Shown piece by piece: positions 1 through 11,400 of a stretch of DNA of 64,000 nt. The notes below the pieces were generated by a model. That model had not been told where the DNA came from. It ran no database searches and was given only the letters and a program-made list of their open reading frames with translations. This DNA is from Macrostomum hystrix (Eukaryota > Animalia > Platyhelminthes). Every line of letters begins with the position of its first letter. Positions within the stretch are counted from its first letter, which is position 1. The DNA is taken from positions 3,658,001 to 3,722,000 of the forward strand of contig CATNEN010000003.1 in the NCBI GenBank assembly GCA_950097015.1. The letters run 5' to 3'. Position numbers and translations under genes: made by a program.

Positions 1-694
1 GATTTAGTATGGATTTAGTATGGATTTAGTATGGATTTAGCATGGATCTAGCATGGATCTATCATGGATTTAGTATGGATCTAGCATGGATTAAGTATGG
101 ATCTAGCATGGATTTAGTATGGATCTAGCATGGATTAAGTATGGATCTAGCATGGATTTAGTATGGATCTAGCATGGATTAAGTATGGATTTAGTATGGA
201 TCTAGCATGGATTTAGTATGGATCTAGCATGGATTTAGTATGGATTTAGTATGGATTTAGTATGGATTTAGCATGGATCTAGCATGGATCTATCATGGAT
301 TTAGTATGGATCTAGCATGGATTAAGTATGGATCTAGCATGGATTTAGTATGGATCTAGCATGGATTTAGTATGGATCTAGCATGGATTTAGTATGGATT
401 TAGCATGGATTTAGTAATGGATCTAGCATGGATTTAGTATGGATTTAGTATGGATCTAGAATGGATTTAGTATGGATCTAGCATACATTTAGTATGGATT
501 TAGTATGGATCTAGCATGGATTTAGTATGGATCTAGCATGGATTTAGTATGGATTTAGCATGGATTTAGTATGGATCTAGCATGGATTTAGTATGGATCT
601 AGCATGGATTTAGTATGGATCTAGCATGGATTTAGTAATGATTTAGCATGGATTTAGTATGGATCTATCATGGATTTAGTATGGATCTAGCATT
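1..694. repeat. Intronic minisatellite, 11-bp unit (ATGGATYTAGY)
   Basis: Directly visible tandem array that ends a few bases from the GTGAGC donor at 695-700. Confidence 0.97.
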
Positions 695-700
695 GCTCAC

Positions 701-3700
701 CTCTCTGATAGTCCTGACGCCGACCATATCGGCGGACACCCAGGAGGAGCAGTCCAGCACAATGGTGTGCACGAGTTCACTGGAGGCACCGGCGCTGTCT
801 CCAGCAGCTTCATCATCGCCAGACTGTTGAAGTTCACTAGCCAGACGCAGCAAATAGTCTCGAAATCGTTCAGCGTTGGCAAAATTCACCGGAGCGTCGA
901 AGCGAACAATTTTCAATCCGGGAATCTCGTTAGCAGAAGCGTACACTTTCACATTCCGGTAGATGTCCGTGTCTTCAATGCGGCCCAGGATGGCAATCCT
1001 CGGGTTCTGCGTTCGCAGAATCACTGAGAACAGTGTGAAGCCCAGACCAATGGCCAGGCCTAGGGTGACATCCAGGATGAGAACGGACAGAGCTGACACC
1101 AGCCACACGCTGAAATCAATGCGAGACACTCGCCAGATCTGCGGCAGCTCGGCGACTTGCAAGATGATGTTTACTAGAGACACGACAATGATGGAGCCCA
1201 GAACGCAGGTTGGAATCGCGCGAAAATATGGCCCGATAGCCAGCAGAACAAGTAGCATACCCATGCAACTGACAAGGCTGGCTAATTGGCTTTTCATGCC
1301 CACCTGGAGTTGGGTTTTTGAGCCGGGCAAGCTTTGTGAGGTTTGAAATTCTCTTTTAGACTTTTGTCGTTTCTAGGAAAGTAGCTACGATTAGGAATGC
1401 AAAAGTTTTTGGTTTCTTAGAAATTATCGCTAAGAGGAAGTTCCAGCTTTCTTAGAAATTTTTCCGGTTGGTTGTAAGAGGAGGTTGTTGTCTTGTGGTT
1501 AGACCGTCGGAATCATGACGTGAAGGTCGGGGGTTCGATTCCCGACTCCACTGGAACAATTTGTGTCATTTAGCAAGACACTTTGCTCTGCATTTCCTCA
1601 GTTCACCTAACTGTTAAATTTGAGGTTGGGTGTGGCGTCCCCCCCCCCCAGTCCATGGACTGAACAGCCGTACGCAGCCTTCAGATGCGCCGCGCAATAG
1701 CTGCTGCTGTGCTTATTGTAATTAATGGCAGTCTTTTTAACTAACTCACCGAAACAACAACGGAATTTCTGGCCAAAGCGCCGCAGGCAAAGAAGCACTG
1801 GAAGAAGCTAGAGATCAGGCTGCTGACGCCCAAGATTGCAAAGTCCTCGTTGAAGTCGTAGTTATATTGAAACTCCAGGCAGTACATTTTGGCCAGAGAC
1901 ATTGTGATGACACCGCCGACAATGCCAACCGGGATTGCCGAGGGGAATACAGTCGGCAGGAATCCCAAGTCAGGAATAATCGGAGCCGGGAGACCGCGTG
2001 GAACATCGCCAACAATGGCCACGCTGAGACTGGCGTTCATATCGGAGAATTCCGAGGCCAATAGTGTCGCAATGATGATGAAAAGCTCGATTGGCAATGG
2101 CACTTTGATCTTTTTTTTAATGCGAGGATTGACGTACTCTTTAAATAGGTACAGTACAACACAGCAGCCGGCCGATAGGCCCAGGGTGACAAAATTTGTT
2201 TTGCTGATCACAGCGAATAGGTTGGTTAGACTCTGCGGAGTGACGGGCGGGCTGGAGTTCATAGATTTTGAATAAGGTAGATTTGAATAGGGTAGATTTG
2301 AAAAAGTTAGATTTTGAATAAGGTAGATTTGAATAGGGTAGATTTGAAAAGGTACATTTTGAATAAGGTAGATTTGAAAAAGGTAGATTTGAAAAAGGTA
2401 GATTTGAAAAAGGTAGATTTTGAATAAGGTAGATTTGAATAGGGTAGATTTGAAAAGGTAGATTTTGAATAGGGTAGATTTGAAAAAGGTAGATTTTGAA
2501 CAAGGTAGATTTGAATAGGGTAGATTTGAAAAAGGTAGATTTGAAAAAGGTAGATTTGAAAAAGGTAGATTTTGAATAAGGTAGATTTGAATAGGGTAGA
2601 TTTGAAAAGGTAGATTTTGAATAGGGTAGATTTTAAATAGGGTAGATTTGAAAAAGTTAGATTTTGAATAAGGTAGATTTGAATAGGGTAGATTTGAAAA
2701 GGTACATTTTGAATAAGGTAGATTTGAAAAAGGTAGATTTGAAAAAGGTAGATTTGAAAAAGGTAGATTTTGAATAAGGTAGATTTGAATAGGGTAGATT
2801 TGAAAAGGTAGATTTTGAATAGGGTAGATTTGAAAAAGGTAGATTTTGAACAAGGTAGATTTGAATAGGGTAGATTTGAAAAAGGTAGATTTTGAATAAG
2901 GTAGATTTGAATAGGGTAGACTTCTAAGCAGGTAGATTTCTAAGCAGGGAGGTTTCTGAGAAGGTAGATTTCTAAGCAGGTAGATTTCTAAGCAGGTAGA
3001 TTTCTAAGCAGGTAGATTTCTAAGCAGGTAGATTTCTAAGCAGGGAGGTTTCTGAGAAGGTAGATTTCTAAGCAGGTAGATTTCTAGGCAGGTAGATTTC
3101 TAAGCAGGTAGATTTCTAAGCAGGTAGATTTCTAAGCAGGTAGATTTCTAAGCAGGTAGATTTCTAAGCAGGGAGGTTTCTGAGAAGGTAGATTTCTAAG
3201 CAGGTAGATTTCTAGGTAGGTAGATTTCTAAGAAGGTAGATTTCTAAGCAGGTAGATTTCTAAGCAGGTAGATTTCTAAGCAGGTAGATTTCTAAGCAGG
3301 TAGATTTCTAAGCAAGTAGATTTCTAAGCAGGTAGATTTCTAAGCAAGTAGATTTCTAAGAAGGTAGATTTCTAAGCTAGATTTATAAGAAGGTAGATTA
3401 CTAAGCAGGTAGATTTCTAAGCAGGTAGATTTCTAAGCAGGTAGATTTCTAAGAAGGTAGATTTCTAAGCAGGTAGATTTCTAAGCAGGTAGATTTCTAA
3501 GCAGGTAGATTTGCAAGTAGATTTCTAAGCAGGTAGATTTATAAGAAGGTAGATTTCTAAGAAGGTAGATTTCTAAGCAAGTAGATTACTAAGCAGGTAG
3601 ATTTATAAGAAGGTAGATTACTAAGCAGGTAGATTTATAAGAAGGTAGATTTCTAGATTCAAAGTTATAGGCAAATCAGATGCAAACACTAACCCCAACA

Positions 3701-6700
3701 ATTTTAAACAGACTCTCTGATCTCTCAGGCTTGACGCCTAGCAACAGCGGCAGCTGGCTAACAACCACCTGCACAGCGGCAGCGCAGGTGAATCCCTTCA
3801 ACATGGCATCGGAGACGTATCGCATGAAGAATCCCAGACGGAACAGGCCGATGGCAAAGATAATTAGCGAAGCAGCGAAACTGCCAACAATAGCCGACTG
3901 TAATTTGGCGTATTCTTCTACTGTATAGTTCATTGGCAATTGAATCTCAGTGCCATTGAGCTGAGACTCCAGATTTGGTATGTAGGCTTTGTAATTATTC
4001 AGAATCATGTCCGATAATAGCAGAGACATGAGTGAGAATGTGCCAATGGATAGGTGGCGAGATCGGCCAAATAAAGCGAAGATTAGCACAGGAATTAGCG
4101 ACGTGTAGAGTCCGTTGATTGGCTTCAGGCCTGCTAGAAGACCGTAGGCTAGGCCCTGTACGATGAAGGTATCGGTACGATTTTTCTAGAGGTTTTTAGA
4201 TTAATTTTAGTTTAAATCTTTAGTTCAAACTGAACCAAAAATTTACGATTTCATACTACTGTTAGGAATCTAATGTTTTTTATGAGTAATCGAATGATTT
4301 TACGAGTAATTTAGTACAAAAACAGCTTTAAGATAAAATCCTACTAGTAGTTTTACGACTAATCCTACTAGTAGTTTTACGACTAATCCTACTAGAAGTT
4401 TTACGACTAATCCTACTAGTAGTTTTACGACTAATCCTACTAGTAGTTCTACGACTAATCCTACTAGTTGTTGTTTGGAATAATCCTACTAGTTGTTTTA
4501 CGACAAATCCTACTAGTTGCTTTACGACTAATCCTACTAGTAGTTTTACGACTAATCCTACTAGTAGTTTTTAGGAATAATCCTACAATCGGTTTTACGA
4601 CCAATTCTACAAGCTGTTTTACGAAGAATCCTACAAGCTGTTTTACGACTAATCCTACTAGTTGTTTTACGACGAATCCTACTAGTTGTTTTACGATGAA
4701 TCCTACTAGTTGTTTTACGACGAATCCTACTAGTTTTTTTACGACGAATCCTACTAGTTTTATTTACGAGAAATACTACTAGTAGTTTTTAGGAATAATC
4801 CTACAAGCGGTTTTACGACTAATCCTACAAGCTGTTTTACGACTAATCCTACAAGCGGTTTTACGACTAATCCTACAAGCTGTTTTACGACTAATCCTAC
4901 AAGCGGTTTTACGACTAATCCTACAAGCTGTTTTACGACTAATCCTACAAGCTGTTTTACGACTAATCCTACAAGCGGTTTTACGACTAATCCTACAAGC
5001 TGTTTTACGACTAATCCTACAAGCTGTTTTACGACTAATCCTACAAGCGGTTTTACGACTAATCCTACAAGCTGTTTTACGACTAATCCTACAAGCGGTT
5101 TTACGACTAATCCTACAAGCTGTTTTACGACTAATCCTACAAGCTGTTTTACGACTAATCCTACAAGCTGTTTTACGACGAATCCTACTAGTTGTTTTAC
5201 GACGAATCCTACTAGTTGTTTTTAGGAATAATCCTACAAGCTGTTTTACGACAAATCCTACAAGCTGTTTTACGACTAATCCTACTAGTTGTTTTACGAC
5301 AAATCCTACTAGTTGTTTTACGACAAATCCTACTAGTTGTTTTACGACAAATCCTACTAGTTGTTTTACGACGAATCCTACTAGTTGTTTTACGACAAAT
5401 CCTACAAGCTGTTTTACGATGAATCCTACAAGCTGTTTCTATGACTAACGATATGGTAATAATTCACAACTTCTAAGCTACATGGAATAAGCTATTTCAA
5501 CAAAACTACAAAAGTACTCAAAGACAACAAAAAAGTTTTGAAAAAAACAAACCTCCTTAGAATAGAATGTCACCTTCCCGTGTTACGAAAACTTAGTTCG
5601 ACCTGAGTAGAAAATGTATCTCTCTATTGTACATTCTCTGTCCTTTCTAACCACCTTGCACACTTATTTCGCTATTAATATATTCATTTCTATCCAAACA
5701 ATGTACTTTGTAGTTTTTAGCAATCTACTAAATTAATGACATGACAGGTCTCTCTCTTTCTTACTCTAGCCTCTTAATGTTTAAGCATTGCCTCACAGTC
5801 CTTTAATTAGTAGACCTCCAAGTGTTACAGAGCCAGCCTATCTTTCAAGCCAACTAATAGGCAACACTGCTTTTAGAGCTGTTTGTCTGCTTTGAAACTG
5901 CCACCTTGACGTGCATTCTTATTTTATTTTATTTTATTATTTCATATCGTCCACTTGTCCCTGTCTCATCGTTTGAGTGCTCGTAAATCGTTTACGGCCC
6001 TTATCACTGCCGATTTTTTCTTAACTACCTCTCACCCTCTTAATCTCCCTTTTTACTTTTTATTATTATTTGCAGGAGGGCTGCGGCCAATGGCACACCA
6101 TTTGGTGACACTAGACCCGCAGCCAGCGATGAGGCAATTCTGCCCATTTCGCTGACTCCTGAGCACACAAGCACACAGATACTGTACGCAGGCATACACT
6201 CACACAGGTGTGTACATCTGCCCTGACTTTCTCATCGTCAGGCAGTGTACACTCTCACTGTGCCTTGGATGTTGGCCCTCAATTCCCCCAAAGCCTTCTC
6301 TCCGCGGCTGCGCCCCAAATAAATGTGGCCTCGCCGCGGAATCTAACTTAGTGACCTTGGTGCGTGAGGCGAATGTGTTAACCGCTCTGCCACCGACCCC
6401 CCTTAATCTCACTCTCACCCTCCTAATCTCCCTCTCATCCTCCTAATTTCCCTCTTAGCCTCCTAATCTCCCTCTCACCCTCCTAATCTCCCTCTCACCC
6501 TCCGAATCTCCCTCTTAGCCTCCTAATCTCCCTCTCACCCTCCTAAACTCCCTCTCACCCTCCTAATCTCTCTCTCGCCCACCTAAACTCCCTCTTAGCC
6601 TCCTAATCTCCCTCTCACCCTCCTAATCTCCCTCTTAGCCTCCTAATCTCCCTCTCGCCCACCTAAACTCCCTCTTAGCCTCCTAATCTCCCTCTCACCC

Positions 6701-7451
6701 TCCTAATCTCCCTCTTAGCCTCCTAATCTCCCTCTCGCCCACCTAAACTCCCTCTTAGCCTCCTAATCTCCCTCTCATCCTCCTAATTTCCCTCTTAGCC
6801 TCCTAAACTCCTTCTCGCCCACCTAAACTCCCTCTTAGCCTCCTAATCTCCCTCTCACCCTCCTAATTTCCCTCTTAGCCTCCTAATCTCCTTCTCACCC
6901 TCCTAATCTCCCTCTCATCCTCCTAATTTCCCTCTTAGCCTCCTAATCTCCCTCTCACCCTCCTAATCTCCCTCTCACCCTCCTAATCTCCCTCTTAGCC
7001 TCCTAATCTCCCTCTCACCCTCTTAGTCTTTCAATCACGTTCTTAATCTCCCTCTCAGACTCACCTGTGGTATGTGAAACACGCAGGTGGTAAAGCCTGC
7101 AATGATGTCAGACACAATGTCCATCCTGGCGTACTGACCAGACCGGATCTGACCAACCAGCGGCAGCAGATTCAACGCCCGATGCCGCCAAGCCTCGCGA
7201 CTGCAATCGCAGGCCTTCACAATGGCCGCCTGAAGCATGCCACCAAACGGCGGATGACCCAATGGAGCTTCGCCGTACGTATCATTGAAATCTGCGTAGC
7301 TAAACACTGGCCTGGTCACTCGGTACTCCAGTTGCACAGCTTCTCCATCTGTTGTTGCAATCTTCCGATTTGAGCTGTCGTGCTCAACAACAGGTACGGC
7401 AACATCAGCCAGATTTGTTGATTTTGCATCGAAATTGTTTTCAGCCGGCAT
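701..7451 (-). CDS. SLC26 anion transporter (prestin/pendrin family); 3' end lies beyond the window start
   Basis: Exons 7065-7451, 3694-4155, 1750-2232 and 701-1303, all GT-AG and joining in frame. Motifs: DIIAGFT..HIPQ|GLAYGLLAG, GLYTS, FGRSRHLSIGTF, KGFTCAAA, IVGDVPRGLP, STAS domain (KIVRFDAPVNFAN, IVLDCSS..D..GV). Paralog cannot be assigned. Confidence 0.93.
1479..1722 (+). mobile_element. tRNA-derived CORE-like SINE, family A
   Basis: B box GGTTCGATTCC, TTAGCAAGACAC core and CAGTCCATGGACTG palindrome; colinear with the copy at 63142-63448. Confidence 0.85.
2262..3655. repeat. Compound intronic minisatellite (AGGTAGATTTGAAAA-type units, then AGGTAGATTTCTAAGC-type units)
   Basis: Two ~15-17-bp unit types share the core GGTAGATTT and switch near 2920. 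The array fills almost all of the SLC26 intron. Confidence 0.97.
4335..5445. repeat. Intronic minisatellite, 24-bp unit (AATCCTACAAGCTGTTTTACGACT)
   Basis: Directly visible tandem array. Confidence 0.97.
6060..6402 (-). mobile_element. tRNA-derived SINE, family B
   Basis: Reverse-complement match to 17808-18110 (TGGCAGAGC A box, GATTCCGCGGCGAGGCCAC, CTCAGGAGTCAGCGAAAT, GGTCTAGTG, short simple-repeat tail). Confidence 0.8.
6415..7058. repeat. Intronic minisatellite, 20-bp unit (TCCTAATCTCCCTCTCACCC)
   Basis: Tandem array abutting the SLC26 exon 1 donor. Confidence 0.97.
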
Positions 7452-7784
7452 AGCTTAAGTTTATGCCAGAATTAACTTAAGTCGCTCGCCAATTTTCAAC
7501 ACAACTGCAAGAAATGAGGGGCATGACCCGACTTACGTATTTTCTACCCGGCGAGGGGTGTGACATCAGCGGACCAATTAGAAGCGTTCAATATGTTACC
7601 CTTGTGTTCACGTTTTCTCGCTCCAACCTTGCAACAAGCTGTCCCTTTGATAGATTATTATCTGTCCTTTGATGTTTAGGCTTTCCCATGTTTCTACCGT
7701 AAATTATAGTTTCATGGTGTCGTCTAAAACTGTTTATTAAAATAACTGTGTAGCCTTCTAAGTAATAAAAATAATAATTGATTA

Positions 7785-8040
7785 CACAAGTCACAAAAAT
7801 AGGACCAGATTTGCAGCCGACAGCACAGCCGCAGCTATTGCTGTTCAGTCCATGGACTGGGGGAACGCCACACACAACCCTAAATTACCCCAGCTGATGC
7901 AGGTACTCATTTAACAGCTGGGTGAACTGAAGCATAGCATAGTTAAGTGACTTGCTAAAGGACACACATTGTTACAGTGGGGTCGGGAATCGAACCCTTG
8001 ACCTTGAAGTCGTGAGTCCGACCCTCTTACCGCTAGGCTA
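7785..8040 (-). mobile_element. CORE-like SINE, family A
   Basis: Reverse-complement copy with B box, core and palindrome; lies between ABCB8 and SLC26. Confidence 0.85.
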
Positions 8041-8422
8041 GTTTAGTTATCATTCCAAACGATTGTATTTTATTAATCCGCCTCTAAAATGTCAAACTAT
8101 TTTTAAACTTTTTTATCTATACTCATTAAAACAAAAATGCTAAAAAGCGAAAGAAAACAAAACAAACAAGAAAAGAATAAATCAATAATAAATATAATTT
8201 ATTCAAATTATTTATTCAAATTCGATAACAATTAAACAAATCAAGCATATAAAAAATGCAAAACAAGATCAAAATTACTAAATGAAAAGTAAAATAAATA
8301 TTATTCTACTTTTTCTTTGAAGCTAGTCAATTATACTATAAAAAATCTAACCGCTTAGTTATAGTACTAAGTTGAGCGTATCATGAACCCTAATTTTTTC
8401 AAATCGAACCCTAAAGACATTA

Positions 8423-11400
8423 TCAGCCAATCAAGTCCGTCTCGTGTCGTTCAACCATGGCCCAGTAGTGGCCACGTTTCTTCAACAATTCGCTGCGCTT
8501 TCCTTGCTGCAAGAAATATTTTAAGGATTGTAAAAAATGTGCGTATAGACTACTGACAGTAGGTAGAATGGTAGATAAAAAATTAATGGGCAAATGCCTC
8601 AGGGCAAATGTATTAAATCCTTCAGGGCTAATTTTCAAATTACTTCAGGGCTAATTTTCAAAATCCTTCAGGGCTAATTTTCAAAATCCTTTAGGGCAAA
8701 TTTTCAAAATCCTTTAGGGCTAATTTTCAAAATCCTTTAGGGCTAATTTTCAAAATCCTTCAGGGCTAATTTTCAAAATCCTATAGGGCTAATTTTCAAA
8801 ATCCTTTAGGGCTAATTTTCAAAATCCTTCAGGGCTAATTTTCTAAATCCTTTAGGGCTAATTTTCAAAATCCTTCAGGGCTAATTTTCAAATTACTTCA
8901 GGGCTAATTTTCAAAATCCTTCAGGGCTAATTTTCAAATTACTTCAGGGCTAATTTTCAAAATCCTTTAGGGCTAATTTTCAAAATCCTTCAGGGCTAAT
9001 TTTCAAAATCCTTTATGGCTAATTTTCAAAATCCTTCAGGGCTAATTTTCAAAATAGTTCAGGGCTAATTTTCAAAATCCTTCAGGGCTAATTTTCAAAA
9101 TCCTTTAGGGCTAATTTTCAAAATCCTTCAGGGCTAATTTTCAAAATCCTTCAGGGCTAATTTTCAAATTACTTCAGGGCTAATTTTCAAAATCCTTCAG
9201 GGCAAATATATTAAATCTTTCAGGGCCAACTTTCTCAATCTTTCAGGACTATTTTTCTAAACCCATCAGTGTTCATTTACTAAATCATTTAGGTTCAGTT
9301 GTCAGTAGCACATAAAAAACCAACAATTCAAAAGCTACACCAACCTCAAGCACTCTGCCGTTGCCCATGACAACTACATAGTCGGCAGCCTCTATGGTAG
9401 AGAGTCGGTGCGCAATGACAATCACGGTGCGACCGTGCATTGCCTGCTGAAGGGCCGCCTGAACCAAGCGCTCACTCTCAGAGTCCAGGGCGCTCGTGGC
9501 TTCGTCAAGAATCTGGAAATTAATTAGGCCAGATAGAAAGAGCAGAATTCTTACAAAAAAATCCGAATTCTACAAAATGAATCTGAATTTAAATCGCTAC
9601 TTAAAAAATTTACATCTCAATCAAGAGCCAGATCCTAAATCCTCATCACTTACAATCTAGAGCCAGATCCTAAATCCTCATCACTTACAATCTAGAGCCA
9701 GATCCTAAATCCTCATCACTTACAATCTAGAGCCAGATCCTAAATCCTCATCCCTTACAATCTAGAGCCAGATCCTAAATACTGATTCCCAGATCCTAAA
9801 TCCTCATCACTTACAATCTAGAGCCAGATCCTAAATACTGATTCCCAGATCCTAAATCCTCATCCCTTACAATCTAGAGCCAGATCCTAAATACTGATTC
9901 CCAGATCCTAAATCCTCATCACTTACAATCTAGAGCCAGATCCTAAATACTGATTCCCAGATCCTAAATCCTCATCCCTTACAATCTAGAGCCAGATCCT
10001 AAATACTGATTCCCAGATCCTAAATCCTCATCCCTTACAATCTAGAGCCAGATCCTAAATGCTTATTCCCAGATCCTAAATCCTCATCCCTTACAATCTA
10101 GAGCCAGATCCTAAATACTGATTCCCAGATCCTAAATCCTCATCCCTTACAATCTAGAGCCAGATCCTAAATCCTCATCACTTACAATCTAGAGCCAGAT
10201 CCTAAATCCTCATCACTTACAATCTAGAGCCAGATCCTAAATCCTCATCACTTACAATCTAGAGCCAGATCATAAATCCTCATCACATACAATCTAGAGC
10301 CAGATCCTAAATCCTCATCACTTACAATCTAGAGCCAGATCCTAAATCCTCATCCCTTACAATCTAGAGCCAGATCCTAAATCCTCATCCCTTACAATCT
10401 AGAGCCAGATCCTAAATCCTCATCACTTACAATCTAGAGCCAGATCCTAAATACTGATTCCCAGATCCTAAATCCTCATCACTTACAATCTAGAGCCAGA
10501 TCCTAAATCCTCATCACTTACAATCTAGAGCCAGATCCTAAATACTGATTCCCAGATCCTAAATCCTCATCCCTTACAATCTAGAGCCAGATCCTAAATA
10601 CTGATTCCCAGATCCTAAATCCTCATCCCTTACAATCTAGAGCCAGATCCTAAATACTGATTCCCAGATCCTAAATCCTCATCACTTACAATCTAGAGCC
10701 AGATCCTAAATCCTCATCACTTACAATCTAGAGCCAGATCCTAAATCCTCATCACTTACAATCTAGAGCCAGATCCTAAATCCTCATCACTTACAATCTA
10801 GAGCCAGATCCTAAATACTGATTCCCAGATCCTAAATCCTCATCACTTACAATCTAGAGCCAGATCCTAAATCCTCATCACTTACAATCTAGAGCCAGAT
10901 CCTAAATACTGATTCCCAGATCCTAAATCCTCATCCCTTACAATCTAGAGCCAGATCCTAAATCCTCATCCCTTACAATCTAGAGCCAGATCCTAAATCC
11001 TCATCACTTACAATCTAGAGCCAGATCCTAAATCCTCATCACTTACAATCTAGAGCCAGATCCTAAATCCTCATCAATTACAATCTAGAGCCAGATCCTA
11101 AATACTGATTCCCAGATCCCAAATCCTCATCCCTTACAATCTAGAGCCAGATCCTAAATACTGATTCCCAGATCCTAAATCCTCATCCCTTACAATCTAG
11201 AGCCAGATCCTAAATACTGATTCCCAGATCCCAAATCCTCATCCCTTACAATCTAGTGCCAGATCCTAAATCCTCATCACTTACAATCTAGAGCCAGATC
11301 CTAAATCCTTATCACTTACAATCTAGAGCCAGATCCTAAATCCTCATCACTTACAATCTAGAGCCAGATCCTAAATCCTCATCCCTTACAATCTAGAGCC

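Noticed and set aside
2233-2853. Repetitive N-terminal part of ORF 1741-2853, and ORFs 4468, 5216, 15871-16460, 18513, 23783-24447, 46913-47273
   Set aside because: These are translations of minisatellites. The real SLC26 exon starts at the acceptor at 2232.
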